Assembly (NCBI RefSeq): GCF_006345805.1
Contig: NC_042998.1
Span: 124,806,001 to 124,870,000 of the forward strand
From: Octopus sinensis
Taxonomy: Eukaryota
Length of the DNA: 64,000 nucleotides
Reading direction: 5' to 3'
In this document: positions 1 to 12,272 of the stretch, one piece after another
Position numbering within the stretch: the stretch's first letter is position 1
How the letters are laid out: the number at the start of each line of letters is the position of its first letter
Program-made: the position numbers and the translations under genes
The notes under the pieces: generated by a model
Database searches by the model: none
The model's input: only the letters and a program-made list of their open reading frames with translations
What the model was told of the DNA's origin: nothing

Positions 1-83
1 CATAAACAACCTTGCCCAGACTTGTGCCTCGGAGGGTAACTTTCTAGGTGCAATCCCATGGTCATTCGTGACGGAAGGGGGTC
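1..83 (+). mobile_element. Probable 3' tail fragment of an interspersed SINE-like repeat, cut by the window edge
   Basis: GC-richer block ending abruptly in a (CA)n run; resembles cephalopod SINE tails from recall only, and no head is visible. Confidence 0.35.
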
Positions 84-112
84 ACACACACGCACACACA
101 CACACACACACG

Positions 113-160
<48 letters not shown>

Positions 161-540
161 TATGTATGCATGTATGTATGTATGTATGAATGTATGTATG
201 AATGTATGTACATGTATATATGTATATATGTATATACGTACATATACACATATAAATATACATATGGAAGACTATATGTATCTCATATCCTAGATCAAAC
301 GAACAAGAAGCCAAATTTTAATAAGAACTCAATACATTTTAAATACCGAGTATAAATTTATTAATTTACAGTGAAAACTTTACAGCTAGCCAGCTAATTC
401 TCATCATTATTAGACTTGTATATATACAATCATATACGCACGTACACACACATACACACACATACACCCACATTCATGAATAGACATATATGTGTGTATG
501 TATATCTATGTATGTATGTATATATATATATATACATACA

Positions 541-581
<41 letters not shown>

Positions 582-940
582 ATACATATATATACATATA
601 TATATATTGATTTAGACATTCGTTGTTTATTGAAAATAAAATTTACTCATCCAGTATGTTTCTGCTTTATGCTTTTAAATCTTTCAATATTGAAACTAAG
701 ATTATATTCTGTGTGATTTTTCTCTTTTTCTTTAGTTTTTATTATTATTGAATCCTGTGTTGTAAATAAAGTCTTATTAATTTCTCACACATATATGTAA
801 ACCGTACATATGTGTGTGTTTTGTGTGTGCTTATCTATATGTATGTATTTATGTATGTATGTATGTATGTATGTATGTATGTATGTATGTATGTATGTAT
901 GTATGTATGTATGTATGTATGTATGTGTATGTATGTATGA
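84..940. repeat. Compound microsatellite cluster (CA)n, (TA)n, (TATG)n
   Basis: Runs at ~84-260, ~430-608 and ~830-940; they explain the HT/IY/MYVC ORFs. Confidence 0.95.
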
Positions 941-2280
941 GCGTACGAATATGTATACATACTATTTTGATATGCATCCAACGTTGCTTCTGACAAGTAT
1001 TTCCTTAGGGAAAATATTTATGTCCTCTGCACTCAATGTATTCTAAATTTCTATTCAGTCAATAACACTTCCTACGCCAAATCATATTTGCGTGTTTTGG
1101 CTAACTCTACTCACAACAATTATTGTCGGAATGATGCTGAGGTGTATGAAGCTCTTTCACGTACTGAACAATGTTCGATATCAGGATAAGTCGTTGGGCA
1201 AATCCATTTCTTTTTTTAAATTCAAATAATTTCTTAAAACCGTCGAATGAGAACGTGCCTCCAAAATGAAAAGTCTTAATGTAATTTCTATGAAACTCTT
1301 TTTAACTGTCTACTATAGAACTTTGGATTTATTCTTAAATATATGGACATTCCTCACTTTTCCTTGGTTTCAGTCATTGGACTGCCACTATATTTTTGCG
1401 CCGTTTTGCTGCGATTAGTAATCAACCAAATAGGCCATGTGCCCACATTCGTCTGTTTCCTATTTTACAGGTATGTATTTATTAAACTGGTGGTGTGCAT
1501 ATCATATACATATACATATACATATATAAGTTTGTGTGCTCCTGTATGTGCGTTTGTGTGTGTGTATGTGTGTGTGTGTCAACGAATGACAAAAGAACAG
1601 GAGTTACGTAATCGCTGTCATTACAGCTGTTTATTAAATGAAGCATTGCACACAGAACCGACCGCTCGTGTGACAACCTTCTCAGAGTCATGTTACATTC
1701 ACATACACACACGAACACATACATACACACATGTATATATACATATACATATATTTAATTAAAATAACCATTTATACACACCATTCTTATGGCACATAAA
1801 CAGTCGATAGGCCAGTTACTGTAGTATTTGCCCCGAGATACTATCTCTAATGGATTTGCTGTACTAAAAACAAAATAAATATGGCAGATGAAAGAAAATT
1901 CGTTTCAGTAACGGATTTTTCGAGCATGTGACACGCTGCGAGTAAGCGCCACGAAAAAGTCAAAAATGTCCAAAATGCATCTGGCACTCTCATTAGCCGC
2001 TAATATGATACATTGAGATATGTTTTATTCATCATTACCTGTGTCTGAGATGACATTCTCGATCGAGCATTTGTTTGCCTGAAAAGGCCCCAAAAGTCTG
2101 AAATGCATGTGGTGTTCTCGCTAGACACTGCAGGGAGGAATTTCGTCTCTTTCTGATAGCCATTGTTTTTAACATAGCAAGTCCATAACAGATGTTATGC
2201 CAGGGGAAATATTGTAGCAGCTCGCTTTTCAACAGAGAGTATACATTGAGTATGATTGATATATTCATATATCTTTTATC

Positions 2281-2665
2281 TTTTACTTATTTTACTCATT
2301 AGACTGCGGCCATGCTGGAGTACCCCCATGAAGAATTTTATACCAAATCGACCGCAGTATTTATTTTATATGTATATATACATTGACGCCTGGAACTTAT
2401 TGTATCGGTCTATATTGCAGAACTGCTAGGTTCCGAAGACATAAACCCACCAACACCACATTATCAAGCATTTGAATGGGAGGCAAACACAGGCACAAAG
2501 CACACACACTTTCACCCACACTCACCTAGGCTTCGTTCGGTTTCCATCAGCCAAATCAGCTCGGTCGGTCGGAGGCTTTAGTAGAAAACCTTTTCCAAAC
2601 CTGTCCCGAAGTGGGACTGGATCTTGAACCACGTGATTGGGACGAAAACTTCATACTACGCAACC
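2281..2665 (-). mobile_element. tRNA-derived SINE, family A, degraded full-length copy
   Basis: Colinear with 7131-7527 and 29003-29405 (agactgcggccatgctggag ... gtgggact), including the internal CA tract. Confidence 0.8.
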
Positions 2666-3316
2666 ATTATATGCTCCACTCCATTGATTTTGCTATCTCT
2701 CGCTTTTGAAAATTAATGAACATCACGTGTAAATTCAGAACGTTTGAATGCCTTCAAATAGTTCATGGTATTTACTTACATCTCACTAGGTTCCGTTTTT
2801 CAAACCTGCGACGGTCGATTGTTCGTCATTCTAGGTTTGATAAAATAATAACAATCAAGTAGTGGAATGGATTAAAATACCAATGACTTTACCGTTCTGT
2901 AAGGCCTTATAACAGAAATCAATTTTATACAAGTATTAAGTTAGTGGATTGTCAGAACTTTTACAACGACAGATAAAATAACTTACAGTATTTTTACAGT
3001 CATATATTAAAAGCTTTCAAATTCCACCGGAGTCAACATTATATACTGTGATTCTGATGTCCATAAAATGCAGTACAAAATAAATATTGGTGTAGATTTA
3101 ATCAGCTCTACCTTCTCCAAAAGTCAGTTGTCTCGCGCCAGTACTAAAAATCCACTATGTATGTATGTATGTATGTATGTATGTACACACATACACATAC
3201 GCACACTCTAATTAATTTCGACTCCACACTTTCAGGTTTCAGTTTTCTATAATGCTGACACTGATTTCTTTTATCTGCATCCTATAAAATATGTATTGAT
3301 ATTTAGAAGACGTCCA

Positions 3317-3500
3317 AGGCGACGAGCTGGTGAATCTAAAACACAGGGCAAAATGCTTGGCAGCACTTCGTTCCTCTTTTCGTTCTGCATTTAATGGATG
3401 TTATTTTAAATTGATCCTGTACTCGGTGCTCTGAGTTGGAATCATGTCAGCATCGACTTAGACTTTCATCTTTCTGAAACTGATAAATATAATACTAGTC
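3317..3500 (+). mobile_element. tRNA-derived SINE, family B, degraded
   Basis: aaggcgacgagctgg head and gacttagactttcatctttc...gataaa body match 27661-27830. Confidence 0.6.
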
Positions 3501-4244
3501 CTATACTTTTCTCCCACTTTCTTTCCACCTCTCTCTTTCTCTATATCTCTCTGGGAATAAATGTCTGTGGTGACGGCTTGATAGGGATGGGTTCCGACAT
3601 GTATAAAAGTATCAAAGACAATGGTGTTTGTCACCACGCTGCACCCACGATTGACTGAAGGTGCTTTAAACTCAAGACACTACAATACATACTGTGTATT
3701 TACGAAGTTCCTCACTAAACCGAGTTTCTGACTGTGTTGATCTTGGTTTTAGTTATTTCCCTTAATCCATTAATGTTATCGAGAACAATCTGAATGTCAC
3801 GACCCCAGCTACTACCAATTAAACATTCAACCCTTGATCGTAATCATCAAGCCAATGACACACGTTATCGCAATATTAATCTTAGACTTGTTAACGTTGT
3901 CATAACAAAATAGAATATGGTTTATTTATAAGTATCAACCAGGAATACGATGATAAACACCTAACACTTTTAGAAATATGTGCTCATATATAGGGAAAAT
4001 TTACGACTGATTCAATTACGTTAGAAACGTTTGAAAGTAGATCAATGCAGTGATACTTGAGGAAGTACGAGAGTTTATTTGGCAAGAGAAAGCAGGCTCA
4101 AACAAAACTTAAATGTTCTTTGAGGTATGAAGAATTATCAGTGTTGATAGATAGAAACATACTTCATGAAGGTATACAATTCTCAGATATGAATATATAT
4201 ATTTCCTCTTCTATAAATATACACTAAAATCTGCTATCATCTAC

Positions 4245-4336
<92 letters not shown>

Positions 4337-4337
4337 G

Positions 4338-4381
<44 letters not shown>

Positions 4382-4565
4382 TCGTGTGTGTGATAATGTT
4401 TCTTATTATGTCGAATTACGATAAAAGCAATTTTACCTTAAACGGAAGGATTTTATGTTGCATGAGACCTATCAAACTGTTGTGCGTGTGTATGTATGTG
4501 TGGATATATATACGTAAGCATATATTTATATAAATGGATATATATGAATGTGAGTGTGCATGAGT

Positions 4566-4624
<59 letters not shown>

Positions 4625-4933
4625 GCATATATATTTACATGAATGGGTATATATGAATGTGTGTTGTGTTTACGTGTATGTACATGAGTGGAAATTATGT
4701 ATACATATATATATATATATACATGAAAGGGTATATGCGTGTGTGTGCTTGTGTGCACGCGCCTGCCTGTGTGGGTGCGGGCTTGTGTGTGTATAAAATG
4801 TTCCTTCACAATAAAGGATTACTGACCGCTAGATGATTGCTAAATGAAGTCTATAGTGTATGGAATCGACATTTTGTAGTGTATGAAGTTGAAACCTGCC
4901 TAACAGAATGTGGAAAGAAATATGTGACTATGT

Positions 4934-5232
4934 TGCACGCCGTGTATCAGAGGAACAAAGCGATGTGATCCTTGCCTGACTGAGAAGTGTCGGATATTAT
5001 AGATATTAGGTTGTCCCAAAAGTTCGTAAACACTTGCGAAAATTGAATTTTTACTCGCCAAGTACTAACAAAAACAACAAAAATTATTCCTCTAAATAAA
5101 TACCATTATTTTCCAAGACTTTCTACGAACTTTTGGGACAACCTTATATTACAGATATTAACATCCAATAATAAATACCTGAGTAACAAGAATGAGATCA
5201 CCAGCAGATGATTACACAGCAAGTCCCTATCT
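4934..5232 (+). pseudogene. Penelope-like GIY-YIG endonuclease C-terminal remnant, interrupted by a MITE
   Basis: Hand translation CTPCIRGTKRCDPCLTEKCRIL, then YLSNKNEITSR*LH after the MITE; matches the PLE pattern PY..G.K.C.LCL.EK..I...LN.R.E..S.C.H. Confidence 0.7.
5006..5146. mobile_element. mariner-type MITE, 141 bp
   Basis: TIRs TTAGGTTGTCCCAAAAGTTCGTA (5006-5028) and TACGAACTTTTGGGACAACCTTA (5124-5146), 1 mismatch; TA on both sides; no ORF. Confidence 0.85.
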
Positions 5233-5964
5233 GTTGGAAAATATTGTGGAATAACCACATAACTTCAATACCTAGCCAATACATGCACACCTTAAATAGC
5301 TACAAAAATTAACCCGCCCATACACATAAACCCACGAGCCTATACCCATAAGAATCTACAAGTATTATGTAAAGCGTGCACACTCACTACACAAGGACAT
5401 ACATATACAACCTAAACAAACAAGAATAGGGCAACTAGACAATTCACCATGCACCAATCGACACGTCTACAACCCACCAATATTTTGATGAATATAAAAA
5501 GAGTTGTGTTCCTTGATCAATTCTGTCACTTTCAATCACGTGATCTCACATTAAGATCTCTATCTCATTGGGGACTGAAAATAGATCCATAAGCAACGAA
5601 AGCATTAAAATAATATTTTACATATATGGACTTGTAAGCCTAAGATACGTTTACTGAACCGGTAGACTATATTAATAATATATGTATGTACAGGTGTATG
5701 TGTGAGAGAGAGAGAGACAGAGAGGGAGAATAGAAACACATGCATATACGTAGGAATATTTTGTGGGAGCTTTCACATGTGCAGTTAAAATGACATGGCA
5801 AGTGATATAAATTGAAAATACATATATTTTATGCTGTGTTCTAGATGCAGCAAGAAGTATGAGCAAAAATAGGAACTAAATTGATAATGTCAGATGAGAA
5901 GAGCACCCCAATATCTAGAGGATATGTCGTAAATCATTTTACCTTGTAAACATGAGTACAAAAT

Positions 5965-5967
5965 ATG

Positions 5968-5999
<32 letters not shown>

Positions 6000-6064
6000 A
6001 TATTATATATATAATATATATATATATTATATATATATATATGTGTGTATATATATATATGTGT

Positions 6065-6096
<32 letters not shown>

Positions 6097-6304
6097 ACGT
6101 GCGTGTGTATGCGCGTGTGTGTTTGTAGGAATGCGTGTATGAATACGAACATATTTTCGTACGTGTGTAGTTATATACACATGTGTGAATGTATGATTTG
6201 GATTCAATCGAGAATAATAGCATTATGTGATTAACATATATATATATATATATTCATACACGCATTCCTACAAACACACGTATATGTATGTATGTATATA
6301 TATA

Positions 6305-6356
<52 letters not shown>

Positions 6357-6441
6357 AATACATACATATATATATACATACATATATATATATACATACA
6401 TATATATATACATTCATATATATATATGCATATATATATAC

Positions 6442-6472
<31 letters not shown>

Positions 6473-6491
6473 CATACATACATATATATCT

Positions 6492-6577
<86 letters not shown>
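5965..6577. repeat. Long compound (TA)n/(TG)n/(TACA)n microsatellite
   Basis: Direct inspection. Confidence 0.95.
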
Positions 6578-6578
<1 letters not shown>

Positions 6579-7130
6579 TATAGTAATCAAAAATACATGC
6601 AGGTAATGGATTTTATACATTTATTTTAAGCTTACAAATGTTTGGGATAAGTCTTGGAGGAATTTTGTTCAATTGTTCAGTCGTCTTGATCGATCGATCC
6701 ATGATCGATCGATTGAAAAAATATAGAGAACAATCACCCTACCTTATCGTCCTCAGAGCCACAATGAACTGACTGCCAAACGAAAGGAATTTCATCAAAT
6801 TGGTATTATTTGAAAACTGGGTCATCTATGTTAAGTAAATGTCTGACTAGTACTACACAGACAAAATAGAAAAGGAGAATAGTAGTAGAAGGTAGAATTT
6901 TTATAAAATAGTAGGTATGACCTTCAAAAAGGAATGAAATCTGTCACATTACTAGGTCGTCTAGGGCTGCCACAGATACCAGAGACAGTGTATTGAGGTT
7001 TACTATTAGATTTTAAAATGTTAATAGACGGGGAAGTAGTTATAAGTTGTGTAAAAAAACAGTTGAGAGATTGAGGACACGCCGACTACACAGAAAGAAC
7101 AAATAACTAATCACTTTATATTCATTTAAT

Positions 7131-7527
7131 CTCTTTTTCTCTTTTACTTCTTTCACCATTTTAGTCGAGCAAATCGACCCCCAGGACTTATTTTTTGTAA
7201 GCCTAGTACTTATTCTATCGGTCTCTTTTGCCGAACCGCTAAGTTACGGTGACGTAACACACCAGCATAGGTTGTCAAGCGATGCTGGGGAGGGGGGCAA
7301 ACACAGACACACAAACATATACACACACATACATATATATACATATATATATATACATATATACGACAGGATTCTTTCAATTTCTGTCTACGAAATCCAC
7401 TCACAAGGCTTTGGTCGGCCCGAGGCTAGAGTAGAAGACACTTACCCAAGGTGTCACGCAGTGGGACTGAACCCGGAACCATGTGGTACGTAAGCAAGCT
7501 ACTTACCACACAGCCACTCCTACGCCT
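7131..7527 (-). mobile_element. tRNA-derived SINE, family A, well-preserved copy
   Basis: Minus-strand head GGCGTAGGAGTGGCTGTGTGGTAAG...GGTTCAGTCCC has pol III A and B boxes, then CCTTGGGTAAGTGTCTTC body, internal CA/TA tract and TAAAAGAG tail. Confidence 0.9.
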
Positions 7528-8395
7528 ATAATATTGAAATAAAACTATATATTTATATAATATTGCAACAGGAAGAAAGGTAAAAAGATAGTGCCTAACA
7601 GAATTTAGTAGAGGAAATTAATATAAAAGCTAAAAAGAAAATAACAGGGTAATGGACAATAAGAAAGCCAAAATTGAAAGCGAATATCTCCTTATAAAGC
7701 AACTAGACTAACCGTGACCGTTGGGTCACTGACGTTTCAGGTTATAAAGCATTGAAGCTGATTTCAGCATTGCATTGAAATGAAAGTTAATTTTATGATG
7801 ATTCGTGTCATCATTCAAAATTTACAACTTCATGTTTAAGGTTTTATTGATTATTTATAGCATCTAATAAAAACAGAACTTCCGAGGAAAACCTGAGCTC
7901 TAGTAACAGCATTTATTTATGACATATGTGCACACTTCTACAAAAATGCAAAAAGAATTCTTATACAATGTAAACATAAAATTAATGAAAACAGTTTTCA
8001 CAGTATTATATATTTCCATTTCAGGGTTATGTTTCTTTCGGAGTAGCTATTTATGAAGGTACCCCAAAAAACTGTGTTTTTCATGAATCCGTGGTCTGAT
8101 TTACGCAATATTTGTTTTATTCCGTTTGTATTCATATTTCAGTGGTTCCTTACTTTCAGAGTATTCTCCCATTATGCGCCGCTTTGGCTATATTAAAATA
8201 CAGGCAAGAACACAGGCAAGCAATCACGCAAGCAAGCAAGCAAAAGCAATCACAGAGTTTTAGTAGTATACAGAGAGATAAGTAGAAAAAAAACGAACAG
8301 AGAAACTTTATATAGATCAAACTAAGTAAATGATTAAATATGCTACTAGCACGAAAATATTCGACCATTACATGTGTGTGTGTATGTGTGTGTAT

Positions 8396-8396
<1 letters not shown>

Positions 8397-8480
<84 letters not shown>
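8397..8480. repeat. (GATA)n microsatellite at the 3' side of the Tx1/L1 LINE
   Basis: About 21 units, directly abutting 8481. Confidence 0.95.
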
Positions 8481-9596
8481 TGTTTCTTTATTAGCCACAC
8501 AGGGCTAAACACAGAGGGGATAAATTACAAACTGGAGCTTTTCTTTTTGAGGAGAAAAAAAGGTGGGGTAAGTTTTCGATCAAAAGGGATCGTAAAAAAA
8601 AGAAGAAAGAACGATCAATAGGGATCGTGTATCACAGAAATGTAGAAATGTCATGATGTAAAGTGTAAGGTTTATCTGTGGAAAGAAAAGCCTATGGTAA
8701 CCTCGGCCAATAACGTCACATGTAAACACATTTATTTGCAAGTAAGTAACTCTCTGTTTTAAATTTTTCCGGGTTCAAAGGATTGTGCTCAAGGTGGCTT
8801 CGTCATTCATACGTTCCATCCTTGCTACATTCACCCAAGGAAGTTATCTATAAGTCCCGGCCCGAAAGTCGTCTTGAACAGGCGAATCAGGTATTCCTCG
8901 TCGATGCCCAGGTTCGCCCCGAGATCGTCGTCGTACCTCCCCTCCACTAATCTCCTATAGAATGCTTTAGTTGTGTTGAAGTCGCTCAAGGTCGACCCGG
9001 GACGGCATAGTTGCTTGAGAGCAACGCGACACTCGCGTGCCATTTGCCCTTCCTCGGCCTCGTTTTAATCCACGACTGCAGTTCGGCCATGGAGACAAGC
9101 TGCGGGAAAGCGTGCCTCACAAACGGCGACCACACTCCGTAGAGCCGGAGATGTCGCAGTCTCAGCGCGTGTCTGCGCATCATCAACCACGTTATGCAGT
9201 CCTCCTTTTAACGGGTGTTGACAGCAAATGGATTGCCTGACCATCGGGACGCATCCTTTCCACAAGAAGCGGAAGAGAATGCGTACTAGTTTGGTGATGG
9301 TAGGGTCGGGACAAGGCACGACGGTCAGGCGGTAGTAGATGATGGACGCAATGTACGTGTTCGCCACCTCCGGCCGACCTTTTAAGGACAGTTTCCTCTT
9401 GGTCCATTGCCGGGCGAGAGTGACCACCCTACTCGTTATCTCGTTCCAGTTCTTCTCCATTTGGAGGTCTTGGCCAAACCAGACCCCGAGCAACTCGACC
9501 GGAGCGTCGGGCCAGCGTCCCACGACGGAGGCGCTGGTGGACGGCATGGGCTTGCTTCTCCAGTTGCCGAGCCGCAAGCCCACTGATTTTTCCGGT
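8481..9596 (-). mobile_element. 5'-truncated Tx1/L1-clade non-LTR retrotransposon (ORF2 C-terminus plus 3' UTR)
   Basis: ORFs 9065-9583, 8986-9186 and 8831-9043 give LLGVWFG...NW...W..RKLSLKGR..V.N..I.S..YY....P......L...LF.FLWKG.......C......GGL, typical of L1/Tx1 ORF2 after the RT core; frameshifted; AATAAA at the 3' end. Confidence 0.85.

Positions 9597-9693
<97 letters not shown>
9597..9693. repeat. (GATA)n microsatellite at the 5' truncation point of the Tx1/L1 LINE
   Basis: About 24 perfect units, same orientation as 8397-8480. Confidence 0.95.
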
Positions 9694-9802
9694 TCATGTA
9701 AATATATATTTGTATATATATGTACATATATGTGTATATTTATGTACGTCTATATGTCAGTATATATTTATGTATATATAACTATGTATATATAATATAT
9801 AT

Positions 9803-9960
9803 ATGCGCAGGCATAGCTGTGTGGCAAGAAGCTTGCTTTCCGACCACATGGTTCCGGTTCCAGTCTCACAGCATGAAATCTTGGTCAAGTGTCTTCTACT
9901 ATAACCTCGGGCGGAACAAAGCCTTGTGAGTGGATCTGGTACACTGAAATTGAAGTAAGC
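9803..9960 (+). mobile_element. SINE family A, 5' half
   Basis: gcgcaggcatagctgtgtggcaagaagcttgc...ttggtcaagtgtcttctactata matches the reverse complement of the 7131-7527 head. Confidence 0.85.
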
Positions 9961-10529
9961 TACTTTCTTATGGTAATATATTCACTGTTTTTGTTGGTAT
10001 AGTGTATAGCATCTCAAATATTGGTTGGTTTTTTTATTTGTTTCGCTTCCTTCGCTCCTCTATAATGTGTTATTTCCTTTCAAAATATATTTTTCAAACA
10101 CCATGAATGATGTTTTGATCCTATGTTTACCAACAAAAACAGTGAAGAGGTCACCATAAGAAAGTAGTATTCATTTCAGTTAACAAATCCCACTGCATAG
10201 CAACAGTACTTTACTCCTGTTGAGTTCTGAATTTATTGAAGATAGTCATGCCTTAAATGAAATCAAACAAAAGAATGTACTGCTCATCCTTGAAATCTGC
10301 TGAATCGAAAGCAAAATAAATCCAACACCACCACAGACACACCTCCATCCCGATATAACTAACATTCTTTCTTCTATTTTCATCACCTTCTGCTCCACCC
10401 CGCCAAATACACACAGAAATACCCTAACTCGCTCGATCCTTATACTGGTAAAAAGAGAAAAATGTCGCTCAGTGGTTCATCCACTAATGCTATTTTGTCT
10501 CAAGAAATGAATCGATGATGATGATAAAC

Positions 10530-10625
10530 CGGGTGTCCACGGATACTACGGACTACATTGTAATGATCCCAGGAACACGGATTATGATCTTAAAAGTCAC
10601 GTGATTTCCGGAAACGCGCGTAGCG
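10530..10625. promoter_or_regulatory. Possible promoter-like CpG-rich motif cluster
   Basis: TCACGTGA (10597-10604) directly followed by TTTCCGGAAA (10605-10614) and CGCGCG in an AT-rich context; no linked gene identified. Confidence 0.25.
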
Positions 10626-10720
10626 ATGCATTAAATGTTTATAAATTTCATCCTGGGGTTCTTCTTCATCTTCTTTTTCTTCTTCTACTTCTTCTTCTTC
10701 TATTTATTATTATTATTATT

Positions 10721-11341
10721 ACTTTTTTTTTCTTCTTTCAAATTTTCTTCCATTTCTTGCCGAGTGTCTTCCCGACTCCTAGGGCAAAGAAACTCATAGT
10801 GTATATTGGTAGGCCATTAAACCAAACTCAGTAGTTCGTTCATTTTTTTTTTTTTTTTTAAAGTTAAATTAAAATGCATGAGCAGCAACAGTTCTCACAT
10901 CGACAATGCTCTTCTCAATACGTGTGATGTACCAGTTAAGACAATCTTTTGCACTTCTTGCAGGGATGGTAAGCCAGGGATCATTCTCATATAATTTTCG
11001 GTTCCCTTCTTGATCATTCCTAGTGCTCCTACGATCACTGGTATTGTAACCGCCTTGAGATGCCACATTTTCTCAATTTCAATGAGTAGGTCTTTATATT
11101 TTCTGAGCTTGTCAAACTCTTTCGCTGAGATATTATGATCACAGGGGATGCTCATGTCGATCAATAAGCAAACTTTATTGTTTTGGTCTTTCACAACAAT
11201 ATCTGGTTTATTGGCCTTGATGGTTCGGTCTGTATGTACTGGTGATGGTTCGGTCTGTATGTACTGGTGATGGTTCGGTCTGTATGTACTGGTGATGGTT
11301 CGGTCTGTATGTACTGGTGATGGTTCGGTCTGTATGTACTG

Positions 11342-11342
<1 letters not shown>
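10721..11342 (-). mobile_element. 5'-truncated R4/Dong-like (restriction-like endonuclease) non-LTR retrotransposon 3' end
   Basis: Uninterrupted frame PVHTDRTIKANKPDIVVKDQNNKVCLLIDMSIP...K..KYKDL..EIEKMW..KAVTIPVIVGALG...LRRALSM, a PD-D-K RLE domain; 3' UTR to ~10721; (TAA)n on both sides. Confidence 0.85.
11218..11342. repeat. Five perfect tandem copies of the 25-bp unit TGATGGTTCGGTCTGTATGTACTGG
   Basis: Copies start at 11218, 11243, 11268, 11293 and 11318. Confidence 0.95.
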
Positions 11343-11391
<49 letters not shown>

Positions 11392-11419
11392 CATTATTAT
11401 TATTATATCATTATTATTA

Positions 11420-11461
<42 letters not shown>

Positions 11462-11475
11462 CATTATTATTATTA

Positions 11476-11517
<42 letters not shown>

Positions 11518-11524
11518 TATTATC
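11343..11524. repeat. (TTA)n/(TAA)n microsatellite
   Basis: Direct inspection; source of the poly-I/L/Y ORFs. Confidence 0.95.
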
Positions 11525-11595
11525 ATATATATACACACACACATATATATCATATAAATAATATATACATATATACACACACTCATATATATGCG

Positions 11596-11654
<59 letters not shown>

Positions 11655-11655
<1 letters not shown>

Positions 11656-11776
11656 TGGCCTGCTCGCTTAGCGAGCGGGGTGGCGTCATTTGAAGGCAAA
11701 AACAATGCGAAGCGCATTGTGACCAGCGATGTGTAGCAACATCTGATGGCCTGGTCGGTCACGGTGATCACGGTGA
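11655..11776 (+). mobile_element. Short interspersed-repeat fragment (probable SINE 3' tail) embedded in (TA)n
   Basis: GC-rich 122-bp island ending CACGGTGATCACGGTGA with (TA)n on both sides; family assignment is from recall only. Confidence 0.5.
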
Positions 11777-11811
11777 TATATATATATATATATTATATAT
11801 ATATATATATA

Positions 11812-11930
<119 letters not shown>

Positions 11931-11934
11931 ATAC

Positions 11935-12272
11935 TACAGCTTCTTTCAGTTTCTGTATACGAAATCCTCTCGCAAGGGTTTTGTTGCAACAAGGCTATAA
12001 TAGAAGACACTAATTAAACGATGGCCGGCATAATGGAATAGTAGCTTTATTTTTATATCCAAAACGTTACCATAAACAAAGTTAAAAGATATATATATAT
12101 ATTTATTAGTATGTGTTGGCGTGTTTACGTCACCGTAACTTAGCTGTTCAGCAAAATACACTAATAGGATAAGTACTAGGCTTAAAGAAATGCCTTGTGG
12201 TCGATTTGTTCAACTAGTATTTACTCAATTATCTAAACCCTTTCAAGTCTGTGTTGAAACAAGTAAAAGAAT
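11935..12272. mobile_element. Two SINE family A fragments in opposite orientation (11935-12025 minus, 12110-12272 plus)
   Basis: ttctttcagtttctgtatacgaaatc and gtgtttacgtcaccgtaacttagc...gaaacaagtaaaaga match parts of 7131-7527. Confidence 0.7.

Noticed and set aside
2036-2130. Possible minus-strand exon (CAG|GTAATG donor, ttttcag acceptor)
   Set aside because: No recognisable protein in any frame and no partner exons; such splice-like signals are common by chance
10549-10575. ZNF143/SBS-like ACTACA...TCCCAG motif
   Set aside because: Spacing does not fit the ACTACAnnTCCCA consensus
11218-11342. CRISPR-like array of 25-bp repeats
   Set aside because: The repeats are contiguous with no spacers, derive from the LINE ORF, and the context is eukaryotic
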